Sequence record: ON286972
Direction: 5' to 3' (one strand)
DNA: 64,000 bases
Origin: Escherichia phage A4
A model generated the notes under the pieces. It made no database searches. It was not told the origin of the DNA and saw nothing but the letters and a program-made list of their open reading frames with translations. Below are positions 18,946-28,244 of this stretch, one piece after another. Made by a program: the position numbers and the translations under genes. How positions within the stretch are numbered: the stretch's first letter is position 1; every line of letters begins with the position of its first letter.

Positions 18946-19224
18946 ATGCATGACATGATTGATAGTGCATTAACCGAATTTAACTTTTTTAAAAAATCAC
19001 TCGATGCAATAATCAATGATACCAACCAACAAATGAAAGACCATTTAAGTGATAAATTGGTTGGTCGTTGGGTTGAGCTACCATATATAGATGGAACTAC
19101 TGTTGGTGTGATTCATAGAATTGTAACAATTCATGAAGTGAAGGTGTATGTTGAAATTCTGGTTGACAATGAAACTAACAAATGTTTTGTACAATTAAGT
19201 ACTGAAGATTTAACTTTTTTATAA
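18946..19224 (+). CDS. Small paralog family-like protein
   Basis: KLVGRWVELPYIDG motif. Confidence 0.5.
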   Translation: MHDMIDSALTEFNFFKKSLDAIINDTNQQMKDHLSDKLVGRWVELPYIDGTTVGVIHRIVTIHEVKVYVEILVDNETNKCFVQLSTEDLTFL

Positions 19225-19233
19225 GGATATAAA

Positions 19234-19461
19234 ATGAAAGTAATTTATGTTCAGGTTGAAAAATATCAAACTGAAGATGGTCGCATTTTTGATTCAGCTA
19301 AACAAGCTGAGCATCATGAACGTATTATTTCTGGTGTTCGTCGCATTTGTCCTAAATGTAACGGAACACAACAAGTTCCCGATGAAGAATTTCGTCGCTA
19401 TTATGCATGTCCAGATTGTGATGGTAAAGGATATGTAGAAAAACAAGAGGTATGGAAGTGA
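19234..19461 (+). CDS. Small zinc-ribbon protein
   Basis: CPKCNG ... CPDCDGKG cysteine pairs. Confidence 0.5.
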   Translation: MKVIYVQVEKYQTEDGRIFDSAKQAEHHERIISGVRRICPKCNGTQQVPDEEFRRYYACPDCDGKGYVEKQEVWK

Positions 19462-19871
19462 AACTATATTGCTTAACAAACATGTACTGTCAGGGTGTTC
19501 AGGCTGGAGTTCAGGCATTTCATGCTGGTATTAAACTTGTCAAAGAGTATGAAGGTTCAGTATTCAGTACTCTAATCGATGAATGGTATAATGAGCACGA
19601 AACTATTGTAATCCTCAATGCTGGCAACCAAGATAAATTAACCACTCACTATGAGAATCTATCCAAACAGGGCAAGGTTCCATTTGCTAAATTCAATGAA
19701 CCAGGTTTGAACGATACCCTCACTAGTGTAGCAGTATTATGCACTGAAGAAATGATTGATGACATGGCACTGATGCGTACTAACGACCCAATGACTGATT
19801 TACAGCTATGTCACAAATACGGTCATATGTACGAAACACTAAAAGCTATGAGTACAATGAGGACTATTTGA
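19452..19871 (+). CDS. Hypothetical protein (139 aa)
   Basis: Track ORF. Confidence 0.5.
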   Translation: MEVKLYCLTNMYCQGVQAGVQAFHAGIKLVKEYEGSVFSTLIDEWYNEHETIVILNAGNQDKLTTHYENLSKQGKVPFAKFNEPGLNDTLTSVAVLCTEEMIDDMALMRTNDPMTDLQLCHKYGHMYETLKAMSTMRTI

Positions 19872-21067
19872 TGAATTTTCCTGAAAAGATTTTCGTCGCA
19901 AGACGTTTTGTTAGTGGGGATCAGGTTGACGGATATATTATCGACGCAACTAAAATGCACACTAAAGCATTTGAAACTAAGAAAGAACGTGTTGAGTACT
20001 GGGCAAGAACCAATAATATGCCGTCACTTACACTCGACAATGAACCGAAAAAAGGTTTCGCTATTGTTCAGAAATTGATTCACAGTGGTCGCGATACTTA
20101 TTTCGTTTGCCGTCACCCAGAAGGATTTGAGTTCAATATCACTGCAAACAATATGCTGGACTTAATCACACACAATGATATCGTTAATGGTGTATTCCAA
20201 GATGCTATGTTCTTTAATAATAATCTTGAACTCATTAATGGTAATACAAAAACATTTGCTAAGATGCAAGAGAAGCAAGAGAAAGCTGAAGAACGTAAAT
20301 GCGTTGTTGGTGAGTTGAAAGTTGGTGATGGATTCCTTTATAACAAAAAAGAGTACTACTATTGTGGTCGCGTTCATGCTCTTTGTTTGAAGAAAACTAA
20401 AGAATTCTCTTTACCTAACAAAAGTTCTTTCTATCATATGGTGTATTGTATCGCTGATGGTACATATGGTGTATGTGCAAGCCTTGACCGATACGAATTA
20501 ACACCCAGAGCACTCCATAACGTTAAAACAACAATGGAAGCTGAAATTGTTAAAGCAAATGCGTATTTCAATACGTACCGAATGCGAACTGAGAACGCAT
20601 TAGGTGAATGCAATAGACCAGTACTGATCAGTACTAAATCATTTAAAAGTACTGATATGAAAGTAAAATACACTGAAATCACTAAAGACGTTCTTGTTAA
20701 TGGTCGTTTCAATGAAAACGTATTATTCATGACTGAACAGAATGGTCAAAAATATCGTGTATTCTTTGGTATTTCAGATAACAACAGCAGAAATTCTTAT
20801 GGATATTATCGCCATGATTATTCTATAGCGTACAAGGGTGATTTTGAAAAATACTGCGGATACCCAGTAGAAGTTGATGCGAATGGTGTAATGTCAATGG
20901 ATGTTGATATCGATGAACATACATCTTTCAATACATGGCGTGGTTATAATTCACCTTTCTATCCACCAACCAAACGATACAGTAATAATACATCAGAATC
21001 TAATAAAAAACCTATGGTTCATATTAGCACTGACTGTCCTATTTTTTATGGAACCTATTATCTATAA
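19871..21067 (+). CDS. Hypothetical protein (398 aa)
   Basis: Track ORF 19808-21067 trimmed to ATG 19871 (TGATG overlap with upstream stop). Confidence 0.5.
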   Translation: MNFPEKIFVARRFVSGDQVDGYIIDATKMHTKAFETKKERVEYWARTNNMPSLTLDNEPKKGFAIVQKLIHSGRDTYFVCRHPEGFEFNITANNMLDLITHNDIVNGVFQDAMFFNNNLELINGNTKTFAKMQEKQEKAEERKCVVGELKVGDGFLYNKKEYYYCGRVHALCLKKTKEFSLPNKSSFYHMVYCIADGTYGVCASLDRYELTPRALHNVKTTMEAEIVKANAYFNTYRMRTENALGECNRPVLISTKSFKSTDMKVKYTEITKDVLVNGRFNENVLFMTEQNGQKYRVFFGISDNNSRNSYGYYRHDYSIAYKGDFEKYCGYPVEVDANGVMSMDVDIDEHTSFNTWRGYNSPFYPPTKRYSNNTSESNKKPMVHISTDCPIFYGTYYL

Positions 21068-21076
21068 GGGAATATA

Positions 21077-22495
21077 ATGAGCATTTTAGCAATTCTGGAA
21101 CAAATCAAAAAGACTTCAAGTACACTTGGTAAGAAAGCAATCCTTGAAGAAAACAAAAACAATGAAACACTCAAAAAAGTACTGAAATATACGCTAGACC
21201 CTACTATCGTAAGTGGCTATAAGAAGCTACCAGACGCTGCTGACGTGTATCAACATATGACGTTAGATGAAGCTATTGATAAGCTAGAATGCATCTATAA
21301 GCGTGGTGTGACGGGTAATACAGGGCGTGATTTCATTGCTTCAGTACTAGGTGCTGTTCCTGAAGATGACCAGGAAGTTCTCCGTAAAATGCTCACGAAG
21401 AACCTTGATTGTGGTATTCAGGAAAAGAACTGTAATGATGTATTCGGTAAAGGCTTCATTAAAGATGAACCTTATATGCGTTGTTCATTGATTGACAAGA
21501 AAACTGCTAAGAACATCAACTTCAAAGATTATGGTTATGCCGTTGCTGAAGTTAAGATGGATGGTCAGTACTTGAACCACGTTGTTATCAATGCATCATT
21601 AACATCCACTTCCCGTAATGGTAAGATTTATGACTTCCTCGGTTGTCGTGATGCTGAAATGGCTGGTCTTGCTCATCATATCCAACGTACAGATGAACGT
21701 TTCAGTAGTGGTGTAGTCTTTATGGGCGAGGGTTTAGTACTGGATACTGATGGGGAAACTATTCTTCCACGTACAACTGGTAACGGCATCATTCAGAAAG
21801 CTGGTAAGGATACTATCACCCAAAACGAAGCAATGCGTACTGTATTTGTACTATGGGATGTAGTGCCATACGATGCATATTGTGATGGTATCTGGGATGT
21901 AAAACGTAAGGAACGACGCGAGATTCTCGAAGGTGCAATCAATGCATTAGGTAGTGAATTCGTGCGTATGGTTGGATATCGTAAGGTGAAGGATCTCAAA
22001 GAAGCCTTTGCTTACAACTCTGAACTCATGAGTTCCGGTGAAGAAGGTTCAGTACTGAAATGTGAAGATGGTATCTGGAAATCTCATACTTCTCCTAAGC
22101 AGTTGAAAATGAAATTGAAAATGCAACTGGACTTGCGTATTGTTGGTTTCAATGAAGGTGAAGGTAAGCGTAAAGGTATGCTTGGTTCTTTACAACTGGA
22201 AAGTGCTTGTGGTACACTAAAAGTAAGCGTAGGAACAGGCATTAAAGAGAAAGATGCTGAATGGACATTTAAAACCATTTGGGAAAGAATGCAAGAACTC
22301 ATTGGTAAAGTTGTTACAATTGAGTGCAATGACGTAGTATATGATAAGCGTACTGGTGAACCGTCACTATTCTTACCAGTGTTTATTGAATTTAGATTTG
22401 ACAAAAACACTTGTGACGATTATACTCGTATCTTAGAAATTCGCGATAGTGCAGTTGAGGTCTTCTCAAACAGTATTATTGAATCACTTGGCTAA
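21077..22495 (+). CDS. ATP-dependent DNA ligase (T4 gp30-like)
   Basis: N-terminus KKAILEENKNNETLKK parallels recalled T4 ligase KQAILEKNKDNELLKR; motif I AEVKMDG (KxDG); similar length. Confidence 0.9.
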   Translation: MSILAILEQIKKTSSTLGKKAILEENKNNETLKKVLKYTLDPTIVSGYKKLPDAADVYQHMTLDEAIDKLECIYKRGVTGNTGRDFIASVLGAVPEDDQEVLRKMLTKNLDCGIQEKNCNDVFGKGFIKDEPYMRCSLIDKKTAKNINFKDYGYAVAEVKMDGQYLNHVVINASLTSTSRNGKIYDFLGCRDAEMAGLAHHIQRTDERFSSGVVFMGEGLVLDTDGETILPRTTGNGIIQKAGKDTITQNEAMRTVFVLWDVVPYDAYCDGIWDVKRKERREILEGAINALGSEFVRMVGYRKVKDLKEAFAYNSELMSSGEEGSVLKCEDGIWKSHTSPKQLKMKLKMQLDLRIVGFNEGEGKRKGMLGSLQLESACGTLKVSVGTGIKEKDAEWTFKTIWERMQELIGKVVTIECNDVVYDKRTGEPSLFLPVFIEFRFDKNTCDDYTRILEIRDSAVEVFSNSIIESLG

Positions 22496-22514
22496 ACATT
22501 TATTGGAGGTAATT

Positions 22515-23306
22515 ATGAAATTTGTCGTAACATCTGATGTGCACGGTGGCACTGATTACCTCCACAGTGGTGATTACAGTGACACAGTACTGATCATTGC
22601 TGGTGACTTTGATGAAGTTAAACGCAGCCGTTATCGTACTGGTATCGAATCACTGTGTAAGCAGTTCAAGAATGTAGTACTGGTTCCTGGCAACCACGAG
22701 TACTACGGTTCGAACATTTACAAAACGCATCAAGTACTGTCCGATATACAAGATGAGTTTCCTAATTTCATCTTTTTGCAAAACAAATTTGTATGGCTGG
22801 ATGGTGTTTTGCTCGTTGGGAGTACTCTGTGGACAGACTTTGACAAAGGTAATTCCATGACGAAGTTTGATGCTCGTCAGAAGATGAACGATTACAAACA
22901 CATCCGTCATGGAACAACATCCGAGCCTTGGCGTAAGAAACTGACACCAGAAGATACTGAGTTCATGCATCACAAAGATAAACAATTTATCAAAAATTCA
23001 GTTGACACAGTACGCTTAATGCAGGATAATGATTTCAAGGTCATCGTGATTACCCATCACGCACCGAGTTTTCAAAGTGTTTCACCAAAATATAAAAACG
23101 ATTCACTGAATGGTTGTTACTGTTCAGACATGGATCAGTACATTGAAGATTTGGGTGCTGATGTTTGGATTCATGGTCATGTTCATAGTAGCTTTGATTA
23201 CCACATCGGTAAGACACGTATCATTTGTAATCCAAGAGGTTACGAATCTTATAGTGGAGCTTGTGAGAATTTCGATTACAATCCTAAATTGGTATTCGAA
23301 ATCTAA
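22515..23306 (+). CDS. Calcineurin-like metallophosphoesterase
   Basis: Trimmed to ATG 22515 after GGAGG; SDVHGG, AGDFDE and GNHEYYG motifs. Confidence 0.7.
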   Translation: MKFVVTSDVHGGTDYLHSGDYSDTVLIIAGDFDEVKRSRYRTGIESLCKQFKNVVLVPGNHEYYGSNIYKTHQVLSDIQDEFPNFIFLQNKFVWLDGVLLVGSTLWTDFDKGNSMTKFDARQKMNDYKHIRHGTTSEPWRKKLTPEDTEFMHHKDKQFIKNSVDTVRLMQDNDFKVIVITHHAPSFQSVSPKYKNDSLNGCYCSDMDQYIEDLGADVWIHGHVHSSFDYHIGKTRIICNPRGYESYSGACENFDYNPKLVFEI

Positions 23307-23315
23307 GGGATTACT

Positions 23316-23711
23316 ATGATATATACATTGCATACAAAAGACAAAATGATCGTAATCAATGGAAGTGCTCGTATGTTCCAAAGATATGGTATGCGTCTGG
23401 TGACATATTGTGATAAAGTTCAATTCTATGATGATAAGAAAGGAATCAACTCAGTACTGAAAGATAGGTATCACTATAGTCGTGATATCCAGAGAGCAGA
23501 TGATTTGGATTCTTTTAGTGGTAAAGTGTACGTTGTTGTTTGTGATGATAGTAAAGGTGATGTGTTACCTTTCAGTACTTTTGCATGTAATATGTTCTTT
23601 AGAAATGAACTCCCTGATTCATTAAGAATGATTGAGGTTGATTTTGATACCATACCATGTGGAATTCGTTTAGAATTTCTTAACGCACTGGTATCAATTA
23701 GGGAGTACTGA
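23316..23711 (+). CDS. Hypothetical protein (131 aa)
   Basis: Track ORF. Confidence 0.5.
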   Translation: MIYTLHTKDKMIVINGSARMFQRYGMRLVTYCDKVQFYDDKKGINSVLKDRYHYSRDIQRADDLDSFSGKVYVVVCDDSKGDVLPFSTFACNMFFRNELPDSLRMIEVDFDTIPCGIRLEFLNALVSIREY

Positions 23712-24094
23712 TGAAAATTATTACTGTGTACACAATTGTATATAATAACGAAATCAAGTACGTGTTAAATGCAAACTTACACCACACTAGAGGTGAAACA
23801 AAGTTACAACAGAACAGTACTGAAATCTCTCACTACTGGCTGGATGATGATTCAGTTGAAGTGTATATTGATGGTCGTGCTGAATACTATGATGCAGTTT
23901 TCTTTGAAGATTTAGATAAATCGAACGAATTCTTCATTTATGTCAGTACTGACCAATATTATACGCATTCTTTGTTTGACATTACCAACACTTCTGTGTA
24001 TGATACATGTATGGTTAGGTTACTGAAGATAGACCCAACTCTGTACAACAAAGAAACAATTTACGGTTTACTAGATTTTACAAGAAAATTGTAG
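23711..24094 (+). CDS. Hypothetical protein (127 aa)
   Basis: Track ORF. Confidence 0.5.
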   Translation: MKIITVYTIVYNNEIKYVLNANLHHTRGETKLQQNSTEISHYWLDDDSVEVYIDGRAEYYDAVFFEDLDKSNEFFIYVSTDQYYTHSLFDITNTSVYDTCMVRLLKIDPTLYNKETIYGLLDFTRKL

Positions 24095-24119
24095 ACAAAT
24101 ACGAACACTGTGATATAAT
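24092..24119 (+). promoter_or_regulatory. Sigma70-like promoter with extended -10
   Basis: TAGACA, 16 nt spacer, TGaTATAAT, about 35 nt upstream of the ClpP start. Confidence 0.45.
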
Positions 24120-24154
24120 ACTCACATCAATGAAACAATAGAGGAAAATATACA

Positions 24155-24850
24155 ATGACTCAACAATTTATGTTTGGTGGTTATGCGAATGGTGAAACAA
24201 CTAACATTTCAATTCCATATGTAGTTGAAAAAGTTAATGGCAACGAACGTACTTATGATCTAGCATCTCGTATGATGCAAGACCGTATCATTTTCCTTGA
24301 TACTGATTTCAACGACCAGATGGCACATATCATCAAGCAACAATTGGTGTGGTTGGATTCTCAAGGTTCTGAACCAATTACTCTTTATATTTCCTCGCCG
24401 GGTGGTAGTGTTCATGCAGGTTTGGGTATTTCTGATATTGCTAAATCTTGTGTATCACCAATCCGCACAGTAGTGATGGGTTATGCAGCATCAATGGGTT
24501 GCTACACACAATCAGTAGTTGGTACTAAAGGTTATCGTCTTGGTGGTAAACGCTCGTACTTTATGTGTCACCAAGTAAGTTCTGGTACACAAGGTCTGAT
24601 CACTGATCAGAAAATTGCACTAAAACACTCTGATGCATTGAACACATTGCTGACGAAAGAAATCGCTGAAGCTGTAGGTGTTTCTCATGAAAAACTACTA
24701 GAAGATGCGGACCGCGATTTGTGGTTGAGTGCAGATGAAGCACTTGAGTATGGTGAACTTGGATTTATCGATGGTATTATCCTTGGTCCACGTAATGAAA
24801 AAGGTCAATACCTAGTTAAACGTCGCGGTGGTGTGGAAGAGTGGGTATAA
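24155..24850 (+). CDS. clpP: ClpP-family serine protease
   Basis: RIIFL, LYISSPGGSV, GYAASMG and HQ motifs align with E. coli ClpP catalytic regions. Confidence 0.8.
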   Translation: MTQQFMFGGYANGETTNISIPYVVEKVNGNERTYDLASRMMQDRIIFLDTDFNDQMAHIIKQQLVWLDSQGSEPITLYISSPGGSVHAGLGISDIAKSCVSPIRTVVMGYAASMGCYTQSVVGTKGYRLGGKRSYFMCHQVSSGTQGLITDQKIALKHSDALNTLLTKEIAEAVGVSHEKLLEDADRDLWLSADEALEYGELGFIDGIILGPRNEKGQYLVKRRGGVEEWV

Positions 24851-24876
24851 TTCAGTACTAAAACTTAAAATATATT

Positions 24877-24901
24877 ATGCCTCACTATGTGGGGCATTTT
24901 C
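24877..24901 (+). terminator. Probable terminator
   Basis: Hairpin atgcctcac/gtggggcat followed by TTTTCT. Confidence 0.35.
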
Positions 24902-24913
24902 TAAGGAGTTAAA

Positions 24914-25207
24914 ATGTCAAAGAAACTTGTACGAAACTCTAGCACTGAAGAAGTTGAAATTCTTGATGATTCGGAATTCATCAGTACTGCACTAGAGCAG
25001 ATCAGTACTCAAGCGTTAGCACTAAAAGACATTAAAGAATCAGAAGACCTACTGGTTGGTATGGCTGAAATTCTTGAATTGATGCAAGAAGTTCTTATGA
25101 AGAACAATATTAAACCAATTGATGCGGTGCAATATGCTGCAAATTTGCGAGCCGAACACGGTTCATTCAACGAGAAAAAAGCTGTCAGCACAGAAGATAA
25201 GGAATAA
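24914..25207 (+). CDS. Hypothetical acidic protein (97 aa)
   Basis: AAGGAG RBS, ATG. Confidence 0.5.
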   Translation: MSKKLVRNSSTEEVEILDDSEFISTALEQISTQALALKDIKESEDLLVGMAEILELMQEVLMKNNIKPIDAVQYAANLRAEHGSFNEKKAVSTEDKE

Positions 25208-25211
25208 TACA

Positions 25212-25658
25212 ATGGCTAATGAACAATACAAAGATGGTTATGATGCGTTTAAAAATAAACTAGTATTGTCACCAGAACAACTTAAAATGCAGCATCCAAT
25301 TTTCCGTCAAGGCTATCGTGCTGCACAAGCTGACGCAATGAAGAAAAACAATGTAACCTTCCCAACTACATTGTTTGATATTCCTAAACGTCCTGAAGTG
25401 TTTAAGGCTGATTGGACTGATATTATGGCAGCAACTAAACGACCACGTTTTGCAAAACTACATACCGACGAAGGTAAATGGCTGCTAATGGGTATCATGA
25501 AAGCTGTTGAAAAACGTGCACATACTATTGTCCGTTATCGTGATGTTGTTACTATGGTAGATGAAGCATTTGATATTGTACTTCAGTACGGCTACGATGA
25601 AGGTGTATTAACTGTTGAAGATTGTCAACAATATAACTATACACCGACCGAAAAGTGA
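25212..25658 (+). CDS. Hypothetical protein
   Basis: Track ORF 25119-25658 trimmed to ATG 25212 just after the upstream stop. Confidence 0.5.
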   Translation: MANEQYKDGYDAFKNKLVLSPEQLKMQHPIFRQGYRAAQADAMKKNNVTFPTTLFDIPKRPEVFKADWTDIMAATKRPRFAKLHTDEGKWLLMGIMKAVEKRAHTIVRYRDVVTMVDEAFDIVLQYGYDEGVLTVEDCQQYNYTPTEK

Positions 25659-25668
25659 TTAAATAAAT

Positions 25669-25690
25669 GGGAGTCATTGTACTCCCTTTT
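25669..25690 (+). terminator. Rho-independent terminator
   Basis: Hairpin gggagtcattgtactccc followed by TTTT. Confidence 0.55.
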
Positions 25691-25706
25691 CGCATAGGTA
25701 AATTAT

Positions 25707-26060
25707 ATGAGTAAAGTTTACATTTCTGTTGATATGGATTATTCATCTGATCCTATATGGACTTCTGAAACAGGAGACTATTGGATTAATGATGATCTTG
25801 ATGGATACAAAAAACTTTTTAGTGCAGGTTTAATGCATAGCTTGTATGTTTACCAGCAAATTTGGGAGGCATCCAATTGGAGTTCATATCTGTCACCATC
25901 GGATATGATAAATGTGGAAGCACCTGGGATGTTTATGATCCAACAAGCATCACATATATTAAGTCAAGCTTGTGCAGTACAAATAAAGAAGGAGTTTCCT
26001 GACTGGCACGTCTTTTATTGGTGCGACGCAAGTAACACTAGGAAGGAGGTAATACTTTAA
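25707..26060 (+). CDS. Hypothetical protein (117 aa)
   Basis: Track ORF. Confidence 0.5.
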   Translation: MSKVYISVDMDYSSDPIWTSETGDYWINDDLDGYKKLFSAGLMHSLYVYQQIWEASNWSSYLSPSDMINVEAPGMFMIQQASHILSQACAVQIKKEFPDWHVFYWCDASNTRKEVIL

Positions 26061-26569
26061 TGATCTTTAAAATCACTAAAGAAAGCAGTATTGAGTTCTC
26101 AAAAAATATGTTTTTAATAAATGAGTACGCAAAAAATATCAGTACTGAAGCAATAGAAATAACCAAGAAATGGTACGATAATTATTTGAATACAAGAAAA
26201 TGGTATCATAAAATTAATGATTACCAGTGGTTTCTTACTACTATAACTGAGGGAGATGGACTAGTATTAAGATATAATTGTATGAATTTTAATTACATTG
26301 GACTTGATTTCAATTCAACAATTGTTGGTATGGATATTAAAAAAATTAGAAAATTAACATCAATCAATACTAAGGAAATATATGAAGAATCGGGTAAAGT
26401 TTGGGAAGCTGTAACATTTATGATTAAGCACTCGTCATTTATGTATAGAAATTATGATATTAGTATGGATTTACAAAGTCGTAATATCCCATATACTTTA
26501 GATGAAAAACAATATCATCACATGAAAATGTGTGAAGAGATGGTTGAATCTTTAAAATTAAAGGAGTGA
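26060..26569 (+). CDS. Hypothetical protein (169 aa)
   Basis: AAGGAGG RBS. Confidence 0.5.
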   Translation: MIFKITKESSIEFSKNMFLINEYAKNISTEAIEITKKWYDNYLNTRKWYHKINDYQWFLTTITEGDGLVLRYNCMNFNYIGLDFNSTIVGMDIKKIRKLTSINTKEIYEESGKVWEAVTFMIKHSSFMYRNYDISMDLQSRNIPYTLDEKQYHHMKMCEEMVESLKLKE

Positions 26570-26570
26570 T

Positions 26571-27092
26571 ATGAACTATAATCAATTATCACAAGAAGAT
26601 ACTGATATTTGGCTAAAGAACGTAAACAATACGTTGGAACTTGTGCGACAATGTATTTCGGAAGCTGACCGTGTATCAGACGAAGCTAAAGAAAAAACAT
26701 ACAAACACTTTCACCGTAATATCTTCATGAAAATTTATGCACTTACTATGTATAATATGTACAAACCATCTGATATTTTTATTGGGTTGTATAGTGGGGC
26801 GATGTTCACATTAGGTGGGATTTTTTCAGATACTGGTCGTACATTAGAACAAAACGAAAAAGATGTTATCGTGGCAGTTGATAAGATTATGAATAAGGAA
26901 GTGGATTTCATTCTGGAAATCGTTCGTTGCTGGAATGTTTATAGCTCAAAACCATTTGACATTACACAGAAAGATATAGTAGACTATATGCGTATTTTAC
27001 GTACACATCAGATCTGTAAAGAACTATTAACCAATTTAGGGACATATGATGAAACATACAACGTGGTTGAAGATAGCCAGTGTCGTTGCTGA
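26571..27092 (+). CDS. Hypothetical protein (173 aa)
   Basis: Track ORF. Confidence 0.5.
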   Translation: MNYNQLSQEDTDIWLKNVNNTLELVRQCISEADRVSDEAKEKTYKHFHRNIFMKIYALTMYNMYKPSDIFIGLYSGAMFTLGGIFSDTGRTLEQNEKDVIVAVDKIMNKEVDFILEIVRCWNVYSSKPFDITQKDIVDYMRILRTHQICKELLTNLGTYDETYNVVEDSQCRC

Positions 27093-27528
27093 GGAAAGTA
27101 AGTGTCTTTCCCAGAAAGTAGGTTGTGTTATTGTAAAGAATAACCGAGTATTGAGTACTGGATATAACGGTACACCATCAAAGCAACCTAACTGTTGTGA
27201 TGTTAATAAACATCTCGTAAACAATGGTCAGTTTCAGGATTGGATTGATGAAGATGCAAAACACTTACATCACGAGTGGAGCAACATTCATGAGATCCAT
27301 GCGGAAATGAATGCATTACTATATAGTTCACCACAAGAACGTCAGGGTGCAACACTTTACACCACACTCCAACCGTGCTATACTTGTTCTAAGTTAATCG
27401 CTGGTAGTGGTATTTCTCGTGTAATTTACGAAAAATCGTATCCTCGCACTCCACCAGAAGCTATTAAAGTACTGGAAGATGCTGGGATTATTGTAAATTG
27501 TATCTATGATAATGGACTCAATAAATGA
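27046..27528 (+). CDS. cd: dCMP deaminase
   Basis: Zinc-binding HAEMNAL and PCYTC motifs; close parallel to recalled T4 Cd (LQIA..VS.ESKC.S.KVG.VI.KN.R..STGYNG). Confidence 0.9.
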   Translation: MMKHTTWLKIASVVAEESKCLSQKVGCVIVKNNRVLSTGYNGTPSKQPNCCDVNKHLVNNGQFQDWIDEDAKHLHHEWSNIHEIHAEMNALLYSSPQERQGATLYTTLQPCYTCSKLIAGSGISRVIYEKSYPRTPPEAIKVLEDAGIIVNCIYDNGLNK

Positions 27529-27785
27529 CAATGGTATATTTGTTTCTAGGTTGTATTGTTATATTTGTATTGTTTGCTATCTATTGTTTAGTTGATACTG
27601 ATTATTCAATGCGTGGTAATAAGAATTATCAAGTACGTTTTTCCCCGCATAATAACAAGTACTACATTGTGAATGTTAGCCACACTACTGGTCGTGAAAT
27701 GAAAGTAACTGGTAGATTTGGCTTTACAATTTACTATGATAACCAAATTGATGTTGATTATGTTGTTGAAAAGTTAAATAAATGA
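27525..27785 (+). CDS. Small membrane protein (86 aa)
   Basis: N-terminal hydrophobic helix. Confidence 0.45.
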   Translation: MTMVYLFLGCIVIFVLFAIYCLVDTDYSMRGNKNYQVRFSPHNNKYYIVNVSHTTGREMKVTGRFGFTIYYDNQIDVDYVVEKLNK

Positions 27786-27786
27786 G

Positions 27787-27812
27787 AAAAGGAGCCTATG
27801 GCTCCTTTTTTA
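27787..27812. terminator. Bidirectional terminator between convergent genes
   Basis: Hairpin ggagcc-tat-ggctcc flanked by A-run and T-run. Confidence 0.6.
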
Positions 27813-28187
27813 TTATGCTTTTTTACGTAGGATGTATTGTCCATTATGTAATTTAATTTTGTGAATCATGTACATAGTGCAAAACCCTTCAATACCTGCT
27901 TCTTCATCTTTCAATTTAATGAAGAAAGTATTATCTCTTAGGCTTTCTACAAGGCTTTCATCTGAATCTTCGAAATTCATGATATATGAATCTTTATTTC
28001 TATACACCATCTGAACATATTCATAAACCTTACCGCTTTCATCGATTAGATCATAAGTATGTGCTGAACGTTGTTTTAAAATATATAGTTTACCAAGAAT
28101 AGCTGCTCCATTAATTTTAGCACCAGTAATTTCGATACCATTAATAGAAAAAGGAAGTCTTCCGGTTAATGCAATTGGTTTACCCAT
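27813..28187 (-). CDS. Small protein paralogous to the N-terminal domain of the Ig-repeat protein
   Basis: Trimmed to the ATG with GGAG RBS; LPFSINGIEITGAKINGAAILGKLYILKQRSAHTYDLID resembles the N-terminus of 28245-30413. Confidence 0.5.
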   Translation of the reverse strand: MGKPIALTGRLPFSINGIEITGAKINGAAILGKLYILKQRSAHTYDLIDESGKVYEYVQMVYRNKDSYIMNFEDSDESLVESLRDNTFFIKLKDEEAGIEGFCTMYMIHKIKLHNGQYILRKKA

Positions 28188-28244
28188 TATTATACTTCTC
28201 CAAGTAAAGTGCATGATAATTTTCATGCACTATATTATTAAAAA

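Noticed and set aside
2907-27224. Numerous minus-strand and alternative-frame track ORFs embedded in + strand genes (e.g. 2907-3167, 2951-3202, 7252-7497, 7731-8018, 8110-8415, 10280-10543, 10834-11085, 11742-11969, 13057-13293, 13357-13581, 20434-20730, 22650-22985, 27036-27224)
   Set aside because: Each lies wholly inside a better-supported + strand gene with recognisable motifs or start/stop coupling; the genome is otherwise co-directional; no RBS or motif support.
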